A stretch of 64,000 bases of DNA from Eledone cirrhosa (GCA_964016885.1 OZ024743.1:337280001-337344000); one strand, 5' to 3'; shown: positions 1-15,677, counted from the stretch's first letter. Notes: generated from the sequence alone by a model not told the origin. Program-made: numbers and translations.

Positions 1-182
1 TTTGTGTCTATATTGTATCTGTATTATTTTTGACCGTCGGTCAGTCAATGGCAACATTGAGGACCGAGTAAGTTAGATTACCGATATAAAAGACACAGAA
101 GCAAGAAGCGAAAACCAACCAAACAGTGAGTGTGTTCTGTTATTAATTCTGGCAATATTACGCAAATATGACCCTCCCCAAG

Positions 183-272
<90 letters not shown>

Positions 273-436
273 TATGGGAGGAGGTTATAGTTCACTTGAA
301 GCATTGTGTAATGAGGTATAAACGTTAGAATATGTGTAATAAGGCCAAGACAATGCAGATATGGACATAGAAAAAGAATGCAATAGTGAGAGATATTGAT
401 GAGAATTCGTCTTTCACCTTGAATTTATTTAAATGT

Positions 437-471
437 CCTTAATTTTCGAGATAATATCTCTTCTTCGGAGG
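437..471 (-). ncRNA. Minimal hammerhead-like motif (mirror of 1842-1876)
   Basis: Reverse complement of the + copy in the other arm. Confidence 0.45.
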
Positions 472-1085
472 GAAGTAAAAGTCTCAGACCAGCGTCTAAA
501 TTTCCAATGAAGCCATGCTGACCGGAAATAGTATAGAGTTCTAACTTTAATATCAAAGAATTAAAATTAGGTGGGTAAAGAGTAGTCTCCCTTTAAGAGG
601 GGTTTGTTTATGTTTTTGTTGTGTTTTTTAAATTTTATATGCGTGCCTGTATATGTGTGTGGGAGAAAGCATGAAGGTGTAGGTATGTGTGTGTGTGAGT
701 GTGGGAAGATAGGTCTAATCGTAAAAGTGGGGGGTAGGTGTTATCTGGTGTTAGAACTGGTTTTGTGTGTGTATGTGTGAGAGAGAATAAGTGGAGGTGT
801 GTGCGTGCGTGTGTGTGGGGTGTGTAAAGTGTGGCTAGAGGCCCTATCAGGTTATAAATTGGGTGTTGAGCTCTAGTCTATTATTGATTGGTGGATGTGT
901 TCTATCTATAATGAGTGCTTCCTTGATTCTAAGATTACCGAGGTTTCTTTCTTTAGTTTCTATCCTAACTGTTATGTTTTTATCAGTGTTTTTGCATTTA
1001 TTGTTTCTTAGAAACAACAACAGCCATCCGCAGAGCCATCAGACGAGAAGGTCTGGATATTCAACTGGCCCATTCGGGTCCTTCT

Positions 1086-1466
1086 TTGCGTGGACGGCTA
1101 GCTAAGAGACACTCCACCAGACATGACAACTGCTGCAGACTAGCCAACTGCCCCATCAACGACACAGACCTATGCCACCAGGCTTACGTAGTTTACAGAC
1201 TAGAGTGTGACAAATGCAACAACTTCTACGTAGGTAGCACCACCAGACCACTCCACATAAGAATAAAAGAACACCTCAATACTAACGCTTCCTCATTTAA
1301 GAAACACCTAGTTAAATGCAAAAACACTGATAAAAACATAACAGTTAGGATAGAAACTAAAGAAAGAAACCTCGGTAATCTTAGAATCAAGGAAGCACTC
1401 ATTATAGATAGAACACATCCACCAATCAATAATAGACTAGAGCTCAACACCCAATTTATAACCTGA
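1086..1466 (+). pseudogene. PLE GIY-YIG endonuclease domain (5'-truncated)
   Basis: CCRLANCP..C..VVYRLECDKCNNFYVGSTTRPLHIRIKEH...EALII..HPPINNRLE, a typical PLE endonuclease. Confidence 0.85.
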
Positions 1467-1841
1467 TAGGGCCTCTAGCCCCACTTTACACACCCCACAC
1501 ACACGCACGCACACACCTCCACTTATTCTCTCTCACACATACACACACAAAACCAGTTCTAACACCAGATAACACCTACCCCCCACTTTTACGATTAGAC
1601 CTATCTTCCCACACTCACACACACACATACCTACACCTTCATGCTTTCTCCCACACACATATACAGGCACGCATATAAAATTTAAAAAACACAACAAAAA
1701 CCTAAACAAACCCCTCTTAAAGGGAGACTACTCTTTACCCACCTAATTTTAATTCTTTGATATTAAAGTTAGAACTCTATACTATTTCCGGTCAGCATGG
1801 CTTCATTGGAAATTTAGACGCTGGTCTGAGACTTTTACTTC

Positions 1842-1876
1842 CCTCCGAAGAAGAGATATTATCTCGAAAATTAAGG
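1842..1876 (+). ncRNA. Minimal type I hammerhead-like motif (U4C, dimer-type stem III)
   Basis: CCT-CCGAAGA-A-GAGAT att ATCTC-GAAA-ATTA-AGG, followed by AATAAA. Confidence 0.45.
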
Positions 1877-1989
1877 ACATTTAAATAAATTCAAGGTGAA
1901 AGACGAATTCTCATCAATATCTCTCACTATTGCATTCTTTTTCTATGTCCATATCTGCATTGTCTTGGCCTTATTACACATATTCTAAC

Positions 1990-2056
<67 letters not shown>

Positions 2057-2183
2057 GTAGGAGGTGAGTTTTATTGTAGTACAATAAAGCAATGCAGATA
2101 TCGGATAAGAAGCACTCTACAGTTTGTAGGACTGGAGTATACATAATATATAAGATTAAAAGATGGTTAAATGAGTTCCATGT

Positions 2184-2252
2184 ATTTTATTATGCGCATT
2201 TCAAAAACAAATATCATCATGCAATAACATTTGTGTTTTCATCAGATAAAAT
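2184..2252 (-). ncRNA. Type I hammerhead ribozyme
   Basis: Reverse complement reads ATTTTAT-CTGATGA-stem II-GAAA-TGCGCA-TA-ATAAAAT. Confidence 0.85.
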
Positions 2253-3111
2253 AGGAAGACATGATATGAAGGTTAAAAACACTTGTGGATAGTGCAGTTT
2301 TAAATCAACATATGAAAAGTAGTTTTAGATTGATGTGTGATATTGGGGGAAAACATTTTTTTAGGGGGGGTGGGTGGGTGGAAAGGATGAAAAAGAGGAG
2401 GAGATGAGAGTAAAAAGTGGAGGGGGAGGAGTATAATGAGGCAGGATGAGATAGGAGGAGAGATGGGTGATAGAGAGAGAGAGATAGCTTTTATAACAGA
2501 AAAATATATTGTTTTACATAGAGAGGTTGAAAAACCGTTGGAAGATAATGTATAAATTAAAAGAATTTGAAAATTAACGAAGAGAAAAATAATGTCAGTG
2601 CATCTATTTAGATTCTATAATAAATAGACGCACTGACTTGTTTTCTATCTGCTTGCATAAATTCCACAGAACTTTCCATAAAGTATACAGCTAATATCCT
2701 AAACTTTATCAATTCAGAATCCTTTTCTCAAAGGCACACATATATATATATATATATATACGTCTTTAAAAATATACCCATCTTTCTACCTTATTTCAAA
2801 GTTATTTATTATATTCTATATCACTCCTATTTATCACTTCCCTTTCTTCCTTTTCCTTTTCTTTTCTTTTTCTTTTAATATCTAACTCCTAATCTGTACC
2901 TTTTCTCACTGTGCCTAACATAGAAACAATTATTACACAATACACTATATTCTTACTTTATATCACCTTGAAAAAATCCTTCGTAAACATAAACATTTTT
3001 TTTGACGCTAGATTATTCATCCTCTATTCATTATTTTTTTCTCACTTTCATCTAACTTATTCATGCTCATCTCACAATATATCCTTACTTACATTACTTC
3101 TGTTTTTTTAA

Positions 3112-3285
3112 TAATACATATCAACATTTTCTTTCCATCGCACATATTATTAAACCCTTAAATATTATTCTTAATACATATTAACATTTTCTTTCCATCG
3201 CACATATTATTAAACCCTTAAATATTATTCTTAATACATATTAACAATTTCTTTTCATCGCACATATTATTAAACCCTTCAATAT
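3112..3285. repeat. ~60 bp tandem repeat x~3 in PLE UTR
   Basis: Consecutive 60-base lines are nearly identical. Confidence 0.85.
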
Positions 3286-3645
3286 ACAAACCTTAACTTT
3301 ACATTATTTTTCTCTTCGTTAATTTTCAAATTCTTTTAATTTATACATTATCTTCCAACGGTTTTTCAACCTCTCTATGTAAAACAATATATTTTTCTCA
3401 GTTATAAAAGCTATCTCTCTCTCTCTCTATCACCCATCTCTCCTCCTATCTCATCCTTCCTCATTATACTCCTCCCCCTCCACTTTTTACTCTCACCTCC
3501 CCCTCTTTTTCATCCTTTCCACCCCCACCCCACCTCAAAAAATTTTTTTCCCCAATATCACACATCAATCTAAAACTACTTTTCATATGTTGAATTAAAA
3601 CTGCACTATCCACAAGTGTTTTTAACCTTCATATCATGTCTTCCT

Positions 3646-3714
3646 ATTTTATCTGATGAAAACACAAATGTTATTGCATGATGACATTTGTTTTTGAAAT
3701 GCGCATAATAAAAT
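3646..3714 (+). ncRNA. Type I hammerhead ribozyme
   Basis: ATTTTAT/ATAAAAT stem I, CTGATGA, long stem II (aaacacaaatgtta/tgacatttgttttt), GAAA, palindromic TGCGCA stem III, AUA triplet. Confidence 0.88.
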
Positions 3715-3752
3715 TCATGGAACTCATTTAACCATCTTTTGATCTTATATAT

Positions 3753-3818
<66 letters not shown>

Positions 3819-3833
3819 TATACATATATATAT

Positions 3834-4715
3834 ATATAAACTAATATATATGATGAAACACAGATACCAACACATCTGTATATATATTGCAAAAGAATAT
3901 TTAGCCAGAATGAAGAATACTAATTATTATACTACAGTTTGTCCATATCGATTTAAAATAATAAATCAACAAAGACGAACTGCATTGCCAAAAGGCAATG
4001 TTTAGACACATTTAAATTTCAAAATCAAACCTGTTCCGTAGATAAGTTTAAACTTTAAAATCCAAATATGTTTCGAGATAAATAAGTGTAGGAATATCAT
4101 GTCCTGCTCTCCTCAGTAAACATCCAGGGACAAATTGATATGCTTCACTTCTAAATAATTTAAAAGACTGTGTGACGCACATGGTTTAACAGTTTCTAGC
4201 TAGTCTCATAACCGTACTGCTAGAAATAACAGTCGTATATATGAGGCGGCTTTCAGCTCAGACTAGGAGCAGTTATATTATTAAGTGTAAGGAATTCTTT
4301 TACAATGGAATTAGCTCGAAGGAGGAAAATACCCCTGAGCCGTGTATAAACTAATATATATGATGAAACACAGATACCAACACATCTGTATATATATTGC
4401 AAAAGAATATTTAGCCAGAATGAAGAATACTAATTTTTATACTACAGTATGTCCATATTGATTTAAAATAATAAATCAACAAAGACGAACTGCATTGGCA
4501 ATGCAGTTCGTCTTTGTTGATTTATTATTTTAAATCGATATAGACAAACTGTAGTATAATAATTAGTATTCTTCATTCTGGCTAAATATTCTTTTGCAAT
4601 ATATATACAGATGTGTTGGTATCTGTGTTTCATCATATATATTAGTTTATACACGGCTCAGGGTATTTTCCTCCTTCGAGCTAATTCCATTGTAAAAGAA
4701 TTCCTTACATTTAAT

Positions 4716-4718
<3 letters not shown>
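3834..4718. mobile_element. Non-coding retrozyme-like element (510 bp unit, partial tandem plus inverted arm)
   Basis: 3834-3987 is repeated at 4344-4497 (offset 510). 4498-4718 is the reverse complement of ~4275-4497. (TA)n flanks; contains an HHR. Confidence 0.8.
3998..4123 (-). ncRNA. Type I hammerhead ribozyme with long stem III
   Basis: Reverse complement: ATGTTTA-CTGAGGA-GAG..CTC-GAAA-CATATTTGGATTT...AAATTTAAATGTG-TC-TAAACAT (GUC site). Confidence 0.85.
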
Positions 4719-5908
<1,190 letters not shown>

Positions 5909-6102
5909 GATAAATCTACCAAGAGTTTACGGTAGTGTCCAATCCGTATGAAGAACTCAATGTATTCCGGATATCATGGAAAGAAGAGATGTAATGAAAA
6001 ATCACTTTCGGTGAAAGATAAACGGTATACAGAGTCAAGATAAAATATTAAACAAATAATGAATAAAACAATGAAACAGTTCCTTATATTAAACAAAAAA
6101 AG

Positions 6103-6256
6103 TTCATTATTTAACGATCGTTTCTAGGATATATATGTGTTAGAATTGGCATGCATATTCAACAGATCTATGTACAAAATTATACAAAATTATACAAACT
6201 ATCAAGATTAAATATACATACCAACACATATATACGCCGTCTTCAGAAATAATGAA
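6103..6256 (-). ncRNA. Type I hammerhead ribozyme with very long stem II (mirror of 17433-17586)
   Basis: Reverse complement of the + copy. Confidence 0.75.
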
Positions 6257-6875
6257 ATATATTTATTGATAATAACAACAATTCAAAATTTCAGGTCCGT
6301 TTGGGAACAAAATTGACCAATGAAAATACAAAAGGTTTTATGCAGTTCGGTGTGTGTATATACATGTAACTACCCTTACACATATTTTACAAAAATGTAT
6401 GCTCAACATGTATACGCATACCAAAAGGATGGATGCAAATACAAAATTTCAAGGTTAATGTCTCTGTAAGTTTATAATGCACAGATAAGATGCGTATAGA
6501 CACATAAATATGAAATAAGTGTATACACATATTCTCATACTCACACATATCCGTACAATCACACACACGCGCGCGTATATGCATAAACATACACATAATT
6601 ACGAACATACAAACACACACACACCCCCACTCACATATATATATATGTGGATATAATATCATAAGCACATGGACATTAATTCACTCACATAAACACTGTT
6701 ACACACATTTAGATCAAGATACAGAAATTAGGTGGGAGGGGGGGGGGGGAGAGGTCAGTATTCAACGGTTTGGGCAGACTGCTTATTATAGATGTATCTA
6801 TAAACTAAGAAAATAAAAAATAAAAATTAAAAGGAAAGAAAAGAAAAAGAAAAAAGAAAAAAGAAATATATCAAG

Positions 6876-6985
<110 letters not shown>

Positions 6986-7083
6986 CACATACATACATAT
7001 ACACACATCCACACTTAGAACATACATACACACACATATATAAACATATACATATACACACATACACACATATACACACATAC

Positions 7084-7138
<55 letters not shown>

Positions 7139-7413
7139 TACACATATAATCACACATACTATATAGACACACATATATATACACACATACACCCACATAT
7201 ACATACACATACATAATTATATACATACAGATATACACATACATACCTATATATAGACACAAATACATACAGATATACATACATACATACACACAAATAC
7301 TTACGCATCCATATATCGGTATATACATACAAACACCACTACACTCTCACACAACTCAGACATACAAAGAAAAAGGTATATACCTATATACATATACATA
7401 TACAAATAGAGAT

Positions 7414-7480
<67 letters not shown>

Positions 7481-7621
7481 CACATATACACACATATACA
7501 TACATACACATACATACATGTACACACACATACATATACATACATACACACATACATGCATACATGTATAGTCATACACACACATACACCTACACGAACA
7601 TACACATACACATATATAAAG

Positions 7622-7664
<43 letters not shown>

Positions 7665-7674
7665 AAAAAAATAA

Positions 7675-7715
<41 letters not shown>

Positions 7716-8034
7716 CATATACATACACACATACATAGACATATATGTACATACATACACATACATACATACATACACACACATATATACATATATATAC
7801 ACACATAGACACATACATACATACACACACAACATACATACACACACATATATACTCATACATAGAATTAGATATATATTCATACATACATACGCACTTA
7901 CATATACTCATATATACAAATACATACGCATCCATATATGCGTATATACATACAAACACCACTACACCCTCACACAACTCAGACATACAAAGAAAAAGGC
8001 ATATACATATACATATATACACGCATTAATAGAG

Positions 8035-8067
<33 letters not shown>

Positions 8068-8285
8068 CACATACATTTATATATATACACCCACACACAC
8101 ATACAACCATAAACACACATACAAAACATACACACATACACATATATATACACATACATATATATACACACACACAAAAAACAGACATACATATATATAT
8201 TTTTTTACACATATATATACACATATATATACATATACACACCCTCACATATACACACATACACATAAGTTATATTATAATAATA

Positions 8286-8372
<87 letters not shown>

Positions 8373-8617
8373 CGAATATAGACATATATACACACATAGA
8401 TATATATATATATACATATACACACACACACACACACACTCACATATATATGTGCGCACACGTACATATATACACATACACACATATACACGTAAACACA
8501 TACATGTGCATACATGCACATACACACATATACCCACATAGATACGAAGATAGACATATAAATAGAGAGACATACATATATATACACACACATATATACA
8601 TACATACATACACACAC

Positions 8618-8648
<31 letters not shown>

Positions 8649-10011
8649 CATACATACATACACGCCCACACACATATACACATATACACATATATATACA
8701 TACACACATACACATACACATATATATAGACATGCATATATACACATATATATATATACATACACACATATATATACACACAATCTTACATTCTTATTTG
8801 TATGCGCATATATGTATTTTAATATTCAGATATAAATACCCAAACATATATACACCTACCTACATATATATTCATACATACACGCTTACAAACACAGATG
8901 ATAATAGTATGGGGGAAAGGGGGGGGGGGGTGGAGAAGGGGATTATAGTAAATATATGTTTCAAGAAACATAGAATATTATCTGTATCTGGATCCAATGT
9001 ATGTTTTTACATAGTTTCAGTGTTAGGAAATAGAAGAAATAAGGCAAAATTTATGCATTTCAAAATAAATAAGTATACCATTAATTATATGTTAACTAAA
9101 CTAAAGATAGTTAACATATTGATTTCTAAGGTGTAAATTAGTTAGGTTTATAATATTTGAAGCAGAATTTTGAAGTTAAATAGTAGTAGAGTATTAATTA
9201 TAGTATAACTAAATTAAAGTTAATAACGTTATGGTATCAATATTAGGAAATGAATTTAGTAATAGGGAAAAAACAAATAAAGTATTACATCGGTAGTAGA
9301 ATATAAATTATAGGTTAACTAAATTAAAAATTATATATTAATTTCTATAGTATATGTTAATTAGGTATATAATAAATAAAACAGATATTGTATTTTATCA
9401 ATAGCAGAATATAATTATATGCAAATAAAAATCAAAATTAATACATATACATATACATACACATATATATATATACATATATATACATATATATATATAT
9501 ATCTACACACATATACACACACATACACATACATATACATACATACATATACATATTTTTTCAAAAATTGCAAAGAATATATTAACTAGGTATATATCCA
9601 AAACACATCCCATTCTATGATTACATGATATTCTGCAATCCGTCTGTATAAGGATACTAATTTTAAGCCAATTAAATTAAATTTTTAGGTTGACTAAATT
9701 TAAAACCAAATTATAAATATATTTCTAAAATGTATATTAATTAGGTCTATAATACTAAAAATTATTTCTCTGTCATTGGATACACGATATTTTGTTATAT
9801 TTTATCTGTAAAGGAATTTTAATAAAAGGTTTAAATAAATTAAAATTAATCTATAAATTAAATTACTAAGTATATATTAGTAATATTTAAAGGTTTTTCA
9901 CAATTTATGATTACACAATATTTTATATTCTCATCTGTAATAGAATTTTAATTAAATTAAATTTATAGGTTAACTAACATTTAAATTAAATTAATTTCTA
10001 AAATAATGTTA

Positions 10012-11528
10012 TTAATTAGGTTTATAATATTTAAATGTTTTTTTTAGTTTATGATTACACGATATAATTAATTCCTGTCGTTTATTTAATAGGATATCCT
10101 TAGATTTCATTATTTCAAATAGTTCTTGGGAACATAATCTACATTCATTTCTATTATTTTGATAAGGGGTGGCTCTTTTGAGCACACTCCAGGTCAAATC
10201 ATATTCTATATTCTTATTTTTATAACTATTGATTTTTTCTGCTAGAGATGTTGTATTAGCCAGTGCGGCATTTTTAAAACTATGCTTGTGGGTATTAAAC
10301 CTTGTCTTAAAATTGTTAGAGGTAGCTCCTATATATGAGCAAATAGAATCTTTAGTTTTAACATTACATTTATAGACTATGTTGTTAACAAGACAATTCC
10401 CTTTTAATGGGCAGTTTGCTTTGTTTCTACAGTTACAACCTTTCGTTAATTCTGTATTTGAGGAGATATTATGGTTAATTTGATGTACTGGTGGTATACT
10501 TATGGTTTTCTTACATTTATATGCATTATAGGCACTTATATTTTGTTTTATGTTATTTGTTGTAGAGTATGAGAATTTAACTGTAGACCTATTTAAGATT
10601 TGATGGTATTTGTGGTTTGGCGGGAAGTTTTTCTCTAGGATATAAAAAAATTTTTTAGCAATATTATCCTTAATTTGTAAATTAAATGGAGCATTATACC
10701 AAGTAACCCGTCTATTACGGTTTCTATGTTGTTTATTATTTTTATTATTTTTATAGGTTGTATCGTGATGTTTACTAGGAGGATTAATGTTAATGATCTC
10801 ACCACAACCATTTTTAGTTATATTTGTAGATTTAGGTGTTTTATCCTTTTTATTAGGAGTTTTATTATTAATATTTATTAGAGTTGTATGATGAGTAGTT
10901 TTTTGAGAGTTACTATATTTTATATTAGAAGATTTGGTATTTTGGGGTATAGTGTGGGTGGCATTTAGGTGTGTACTTTTCATTTGGTGTTTGTTGGTAA
11001 TATTAGGTTGTATGCTTTCAGTATTTTTAGTAGAAGGTATATATTCTAATCTATTTTTGTGGCCACTTCTATCTAGAGCTTCGTTATAGAAGGTCGCATT
11101 TTTATCAAATACATCTTGGTTAGAAGAAAGGTTAGAAATTCTAAGTGATATATTATATGCAAGGTTTTTAAGGATAGATTTAGGGTGATTAGATTGTGAG
11201 TGTATGTAATGTAAGTTTTGGTTTGGTTTATGGTAAGGTTGGTAGATACCCGTAGCTAAATCTAAAGTTATATCTAGGAAATTTACTACTTTACTTGTTT
11301 TTTCAAAAGTAATATGAAGATTATAATAGTCTTTAAGGAAAGTTCTAATATGTTTTTTGTTTTTTTCAATTTCTGAAAGGCTAAGGTTGTTAGAAAGAAG
11401 AAGACAGTCATCACGATATAAACCACCTTTGAGGTGGGGAAAGGAGGCATTTATGTTGAAAAGGAGAAAGAGGCCCACAAGATCAGTAATTTGGGCGGAA
11501 TCGCTTGAACCCATAGTAATATCAAATA
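10012..11528 (-). pseudogene. PLE RT (motifs B'-E, thumb) + GIY-YIG endonuclease, 5'-truncated, frame intact
   Basis: FDITMGSSDSAQITDLVG, GGLYRDDCL, VNFLDITLDL, YIHSQSNHP, CNCRNKANCPLKGNC, NIVYKC..SYIGAT..FKTRFNTH, CRLCSQE. Confidence 0.92.
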
Positions 11529-13737
11529 ATTTTAATTTAATTAAACACCTCAAATTTAAAAAGTATAAATCCGTCTTTCAAAAGGACCTTGATTCTACCC
11601 TATTGGACCTAAAAAAGTCTAAAAAAATCCATGTCCACTCGGACAAAACTGGTAACTTGTATCATATGGATATTGAACATTATAATGAGTTCATATATAA
11701 AGAACTCAGAAAAAATTATAAAAAATCTAATAATGCGTCACTCACCAACATCAACAACAAAACACACAACATAGTAAAAAAACTAAACATTGAAGATAGA
11801 ACTGAACCTTTGGCATTGAAAAGACCACACTTCAACCTGAAGGATCATAAATCAAACTTTAACTCAAATCCTTCTATTAGACTTATATGTCCCTCCAAAT
11901 CAGATATTGGAATAATTAGCAAAAAAATTTTGGATAGAGTCATCCCACAAATAAGAAAACACGTTATTTTACCACTCTGGGAAAACACCTCCCAGGTAAT
12001 TAACTGGTTTAAAAATATTAGATGTAAATCTTCTGCTTCATTTCTACAATTTGATATAGATAATTACTATTCTTCTATATCACCTATACTCCTGAACAAA
12101 TTGATATTTGCTAAAAATAGATCTAACTTAACTTTGGATGACATTAATATTATTACACATGCTAGACTAACACTTATTGAATTTCAGAATGAATACTGGA
12201 CCAGAAACACATATAGTAATCTATTTGATATTACTATGGGTTCAAGCGATTCCGCCCAAATTACTGATCTTGTGGGCCTCTTTCTCCTTTTCAACATAAA
12301 TGCCTCCTTTCCCCACCTCAAAGGTGGTTTATATCGTGATGACTGTCTTCTTCTTTCTAACAACCTTAGCCTTTCAGAAATTGAAAAAACAAAAAACATA
12401 TTAGAACTTTCCTTAAAGACTATTATAATCTTCATATTACTTTTGAAAAAACAAGTAAAGTAGTAAATTTCCTAGATATAACTTTAGATTTAGCTACGGG
12501 TATCTACCAACCTTACCATAAACCAAACCAAAACTTACATTACATACACTCACAATCTAATCACCCTAAATCTATCCTTAAAAACCTTGCATATAATATA
12601 TCACTTAGAATTTCTAACCTTTCTTCTAACCAAGATGTATTTGATAAAAATGCGACCTTCTATAACGAAGCTCTAGATAGAAGTGGCCACAAAAATAGAT
12701 TAGAATATATACCTTCTACTAAAAATACTGAAAGCATACAACCTAATATTACCAACAAACACCAAATGAAAAGTACACACCTAAATGCCACCCACACTAT
12801 ACCCCAAAATACCAAATCTTCTAATATAAAATATAGTAACTCTCAAAAAACTACTCATCATACAACTCTAATAAATATTAATAATAAAACTCCTAATAAA
12901 AAGGATAAAACACCTAAATCTACAAATATAACTAAAAATGGTTGTGGTGAGATCATTAACATTAATCCTCCTAGTAAACATCACGATACAACCTATAAAA
13001 ATAATAAAAATAATAAACAACATAGAAACCGTAATAGACGGGTTACTTGGTATAATGCTCCATTTAATTTACAAATTAAGGATAATATTGCTAAAAAATT
13101 TTTTTATATCCTAGAGAAAAACTTCCCGCCAAACCACAAATACCATCAAATCTTAAATAGGTCTACAGTTAAATTCTCATACTCTACAACAAATAACATA
13201 AAACAAAATATAAGTGCCTATAATGCATATAAATGTAAGAAAACCATAAGTATACCACCAGTACATCAAATTAACCATAATATCTCCTCAAATACAGAAT
13301 TAACGAAAGGTTGTAACTGTAGAAACAAAGCAAACTGCCCATTAAAAGGGAATTGTCTTGTTAACAACATAGTCTATAAATGTAATGTTAAAACTAAAGA
13401 TTCTATTTGCTCATATATAGGAGCTACCTCTAACAATTTTAAGACAAGGTTTAATACCCACAAGCATAGTTTTAAAAATGCCGCACTGGCTAATACAACA
13501 TCTCTAGCAGAAAAAATCAATAGTTATAAAAATAAGAATATAGAATATGATTTGACCTGGAGTGTGCTCAAAAGAGCCACCCCTTATCAAAATAATAGAA
13601 ATGAATGTAGATTATGTTCCCAAGAACTATTTGAAATAATGAAATCTAAGGATATCCTATTAAATAAACGACAGGAATTAATTATATCGTGTAATCATAA
13701 ACTAAAAAAAACATTTAAATATTATAAACCTAATTAA
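11529..13737 (+). pseudogene. PLE RT + GIY-YIG ORF, 5'-truncated, one homopolymer frameshift near 12385
   Basis: SDKTGNLY, NPSIRLICPSKS, FLQFDIDNYYSSI, YRDD. An A6 run here versus A7 in the mirror arm splits the ORF; the downstream protein is identical to the minus arm. Confidence 0.92.
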
Positions 13738-14964
13738 TAACATTATTTTAGAAATTAATTTAATTTAAATGTTAGTTAACCTATAAATTTAATTTAATTA
13801 AAATTCTATTACAGATGAGAATATAAAATATTGTGTAATCATAAATTGTGAAAAACCTTTAAATATTACTAATATATACTTAGTAATTTAATTTATAGAT
13901 TAATTTTAATTTATTTAAACCTTTTATTAAAATTCCTTTACAGATAAAATATAACAAAATATCGTGTATCCAATGACAGAGAAATAATTTTTAGTATTAT
14001 AGACCTAATTAATATACATTTTAGAAATATATTTATAATTTGGTTTTAAATTTAGTCAACCTAAAAATTTAATTTAATTGGCTTAAAATTAGTATCCTTA
14101 TACAGACGGATTGCAGAATATCATGTAATCATAGAATGGGATGTGTTTTGGATATATACCTAGTTAATATATTCTTTGCAATTTTTGAAAAAATATGTAT
14201 ATGTATGTATGTATATGTATGTGTATGTGTGTGTATATGTGTGTAGATATATATATATATATGTATATATATGTATATATATATATGTGTATGTATATGT
14301 ATATGTATTAATTTTGATTTTTATTTGCATATAATTATATTCTGCTATTGATAAAATACAATATCTGTTTTATTTATTATATACCTAATTAACATATACT
14401 ATAGAAATTAATATATAATTTTTAATTTAGTTAACCTATAATTTATATTCTACTACCGATGTAATACTTTATTTGTTTTTTCCCTATTACTAAATTCATT
14501 TCCTAATATTGATACCATAACGTTATTAACTTTAATTTAGTTATACTATAATTAATACTCTACTACTATTTAACTTCAAAATTCTGCTTCAAATATTATA
14601 AACCTAACTAATTTACACCTTAGAAATCAATATGTTAACTATCTTTAGTTTAGTTAACATATAATTAATGGTATACTTATTTATTTTGAAATGCATAAAT
14701 TTTGCCTTATTTCTTCTATTTCCTAACACTGAAACTATGTAAAAACATACATTGGATCCAGATACAGATAATATTCTATGTTTCTTGAAACATATATTTA
14801 CTATAATCCCCTTCTCCAACCCCCCCCTTTCCCCCATACTATTATCATCTGTGTTTGTAAGCGTGTATGTATGAATATATATGTAGGTAGGTGTATATAT
14901 GTTTGGGTATTTATATCTGAATATTAAAATACATATATGCGCATACAAATAAGAATGTAAGATT

Positions 14965-15097
14965 GTGTGTATATATATGTGTGTATGTATATATATATAT
15001 GTGTATATATGCATGTCTATATATATGTGTATGTGTATGTGTGTATGTATATATATGTGTATATGTGTATATGTGTGTGGGCGTGTATGTATGTATG

Positions 15098-15130
<33 letters not shown>

Positions 15131-15377
15131 GTGTGTGTATGTATGTATGTATATATGTGTGTGTATATATATGTATGTCTCTCTATTTATATGTCTATCT
15201 TCGTATCTATGTGGGTATATGTGTGTATGTGCATGTATGCACATGTATGTGTTTACGTGTATATGTGTGTATGTGTATATATGTACGTGTGCGCACATAT
15301 ATATGTGAGTGTGTGTGTGTGTGTGTGTATATGTATATATATATATATATCTATGTGTGTATATATGTCTATATTCG

Positions 15378-15418
<41 letters not shown>

Positions 15419-15636
15419 TATTATTATAATATAATTTATGTGTATGTGTGTATATGTGAGGGTGTGTATATGTATATATATGTGTATATATATGTGTAAA
15501 AAAATATATATATGTATGTCTGTTTTTTGTGTGTGTGTATATATATGTATGTGTATATATATGTGTATGTGTGTGTTTGTATGTTTTGTATGTGTGTTTA
15601 TGGTTGTATGTGTGTGTGGGTGTATATATATAAATG

Positions 15637-15677
<41 letters not shown>

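Larger units (their letters stand above)
276..1996. mobile_element. Palindromic 5'-truncated Penelope-like element (GIY-YIG end + 3' UTR), flanked by (TA)n
   Basis: 317-1000 is the near-perfect reverse complement of 1313-1996. The ~40 nt tail (276-316) is on the minus arm only. The unique centre 1001-1312 is coding on +. Confidence 0.9.
2054..3755. mobile_element. Palindromic PLE 3' UTR insertion (family A, related to 42093-44736)
   Basis: Arms 2143-2595 and 3301-3755 are inverted; tail 2054-2142 is on the minus arm only. The centre matches the ORF end and UTR of the 42-44 kb element. (TA)n on both sides. Confidence 0.85.

Noticed and set aside
2143-3755. Long inverted repeats read as DNA-transposon TIRs (also 49443-50745)
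   Set aside because: The arms are PLE 3' UTR copies with HHRs, an asymmetric tail and variable inner ends.
5944-6025. HHR-like ccgt-ATGAAGA...GAAA..acgg on +
   Set aside because: C3 is missing, there is no clear stem II or III, and it is antisense to the element; better explained by the tail stem-loop.
11357-11528. N-terminus of the listed ORF 11357-12463 (similarly 44555-44629 and 29286-29374)
   Set aside because: Read-through across the inversion junction from the antisense arm; not part of the real protein.
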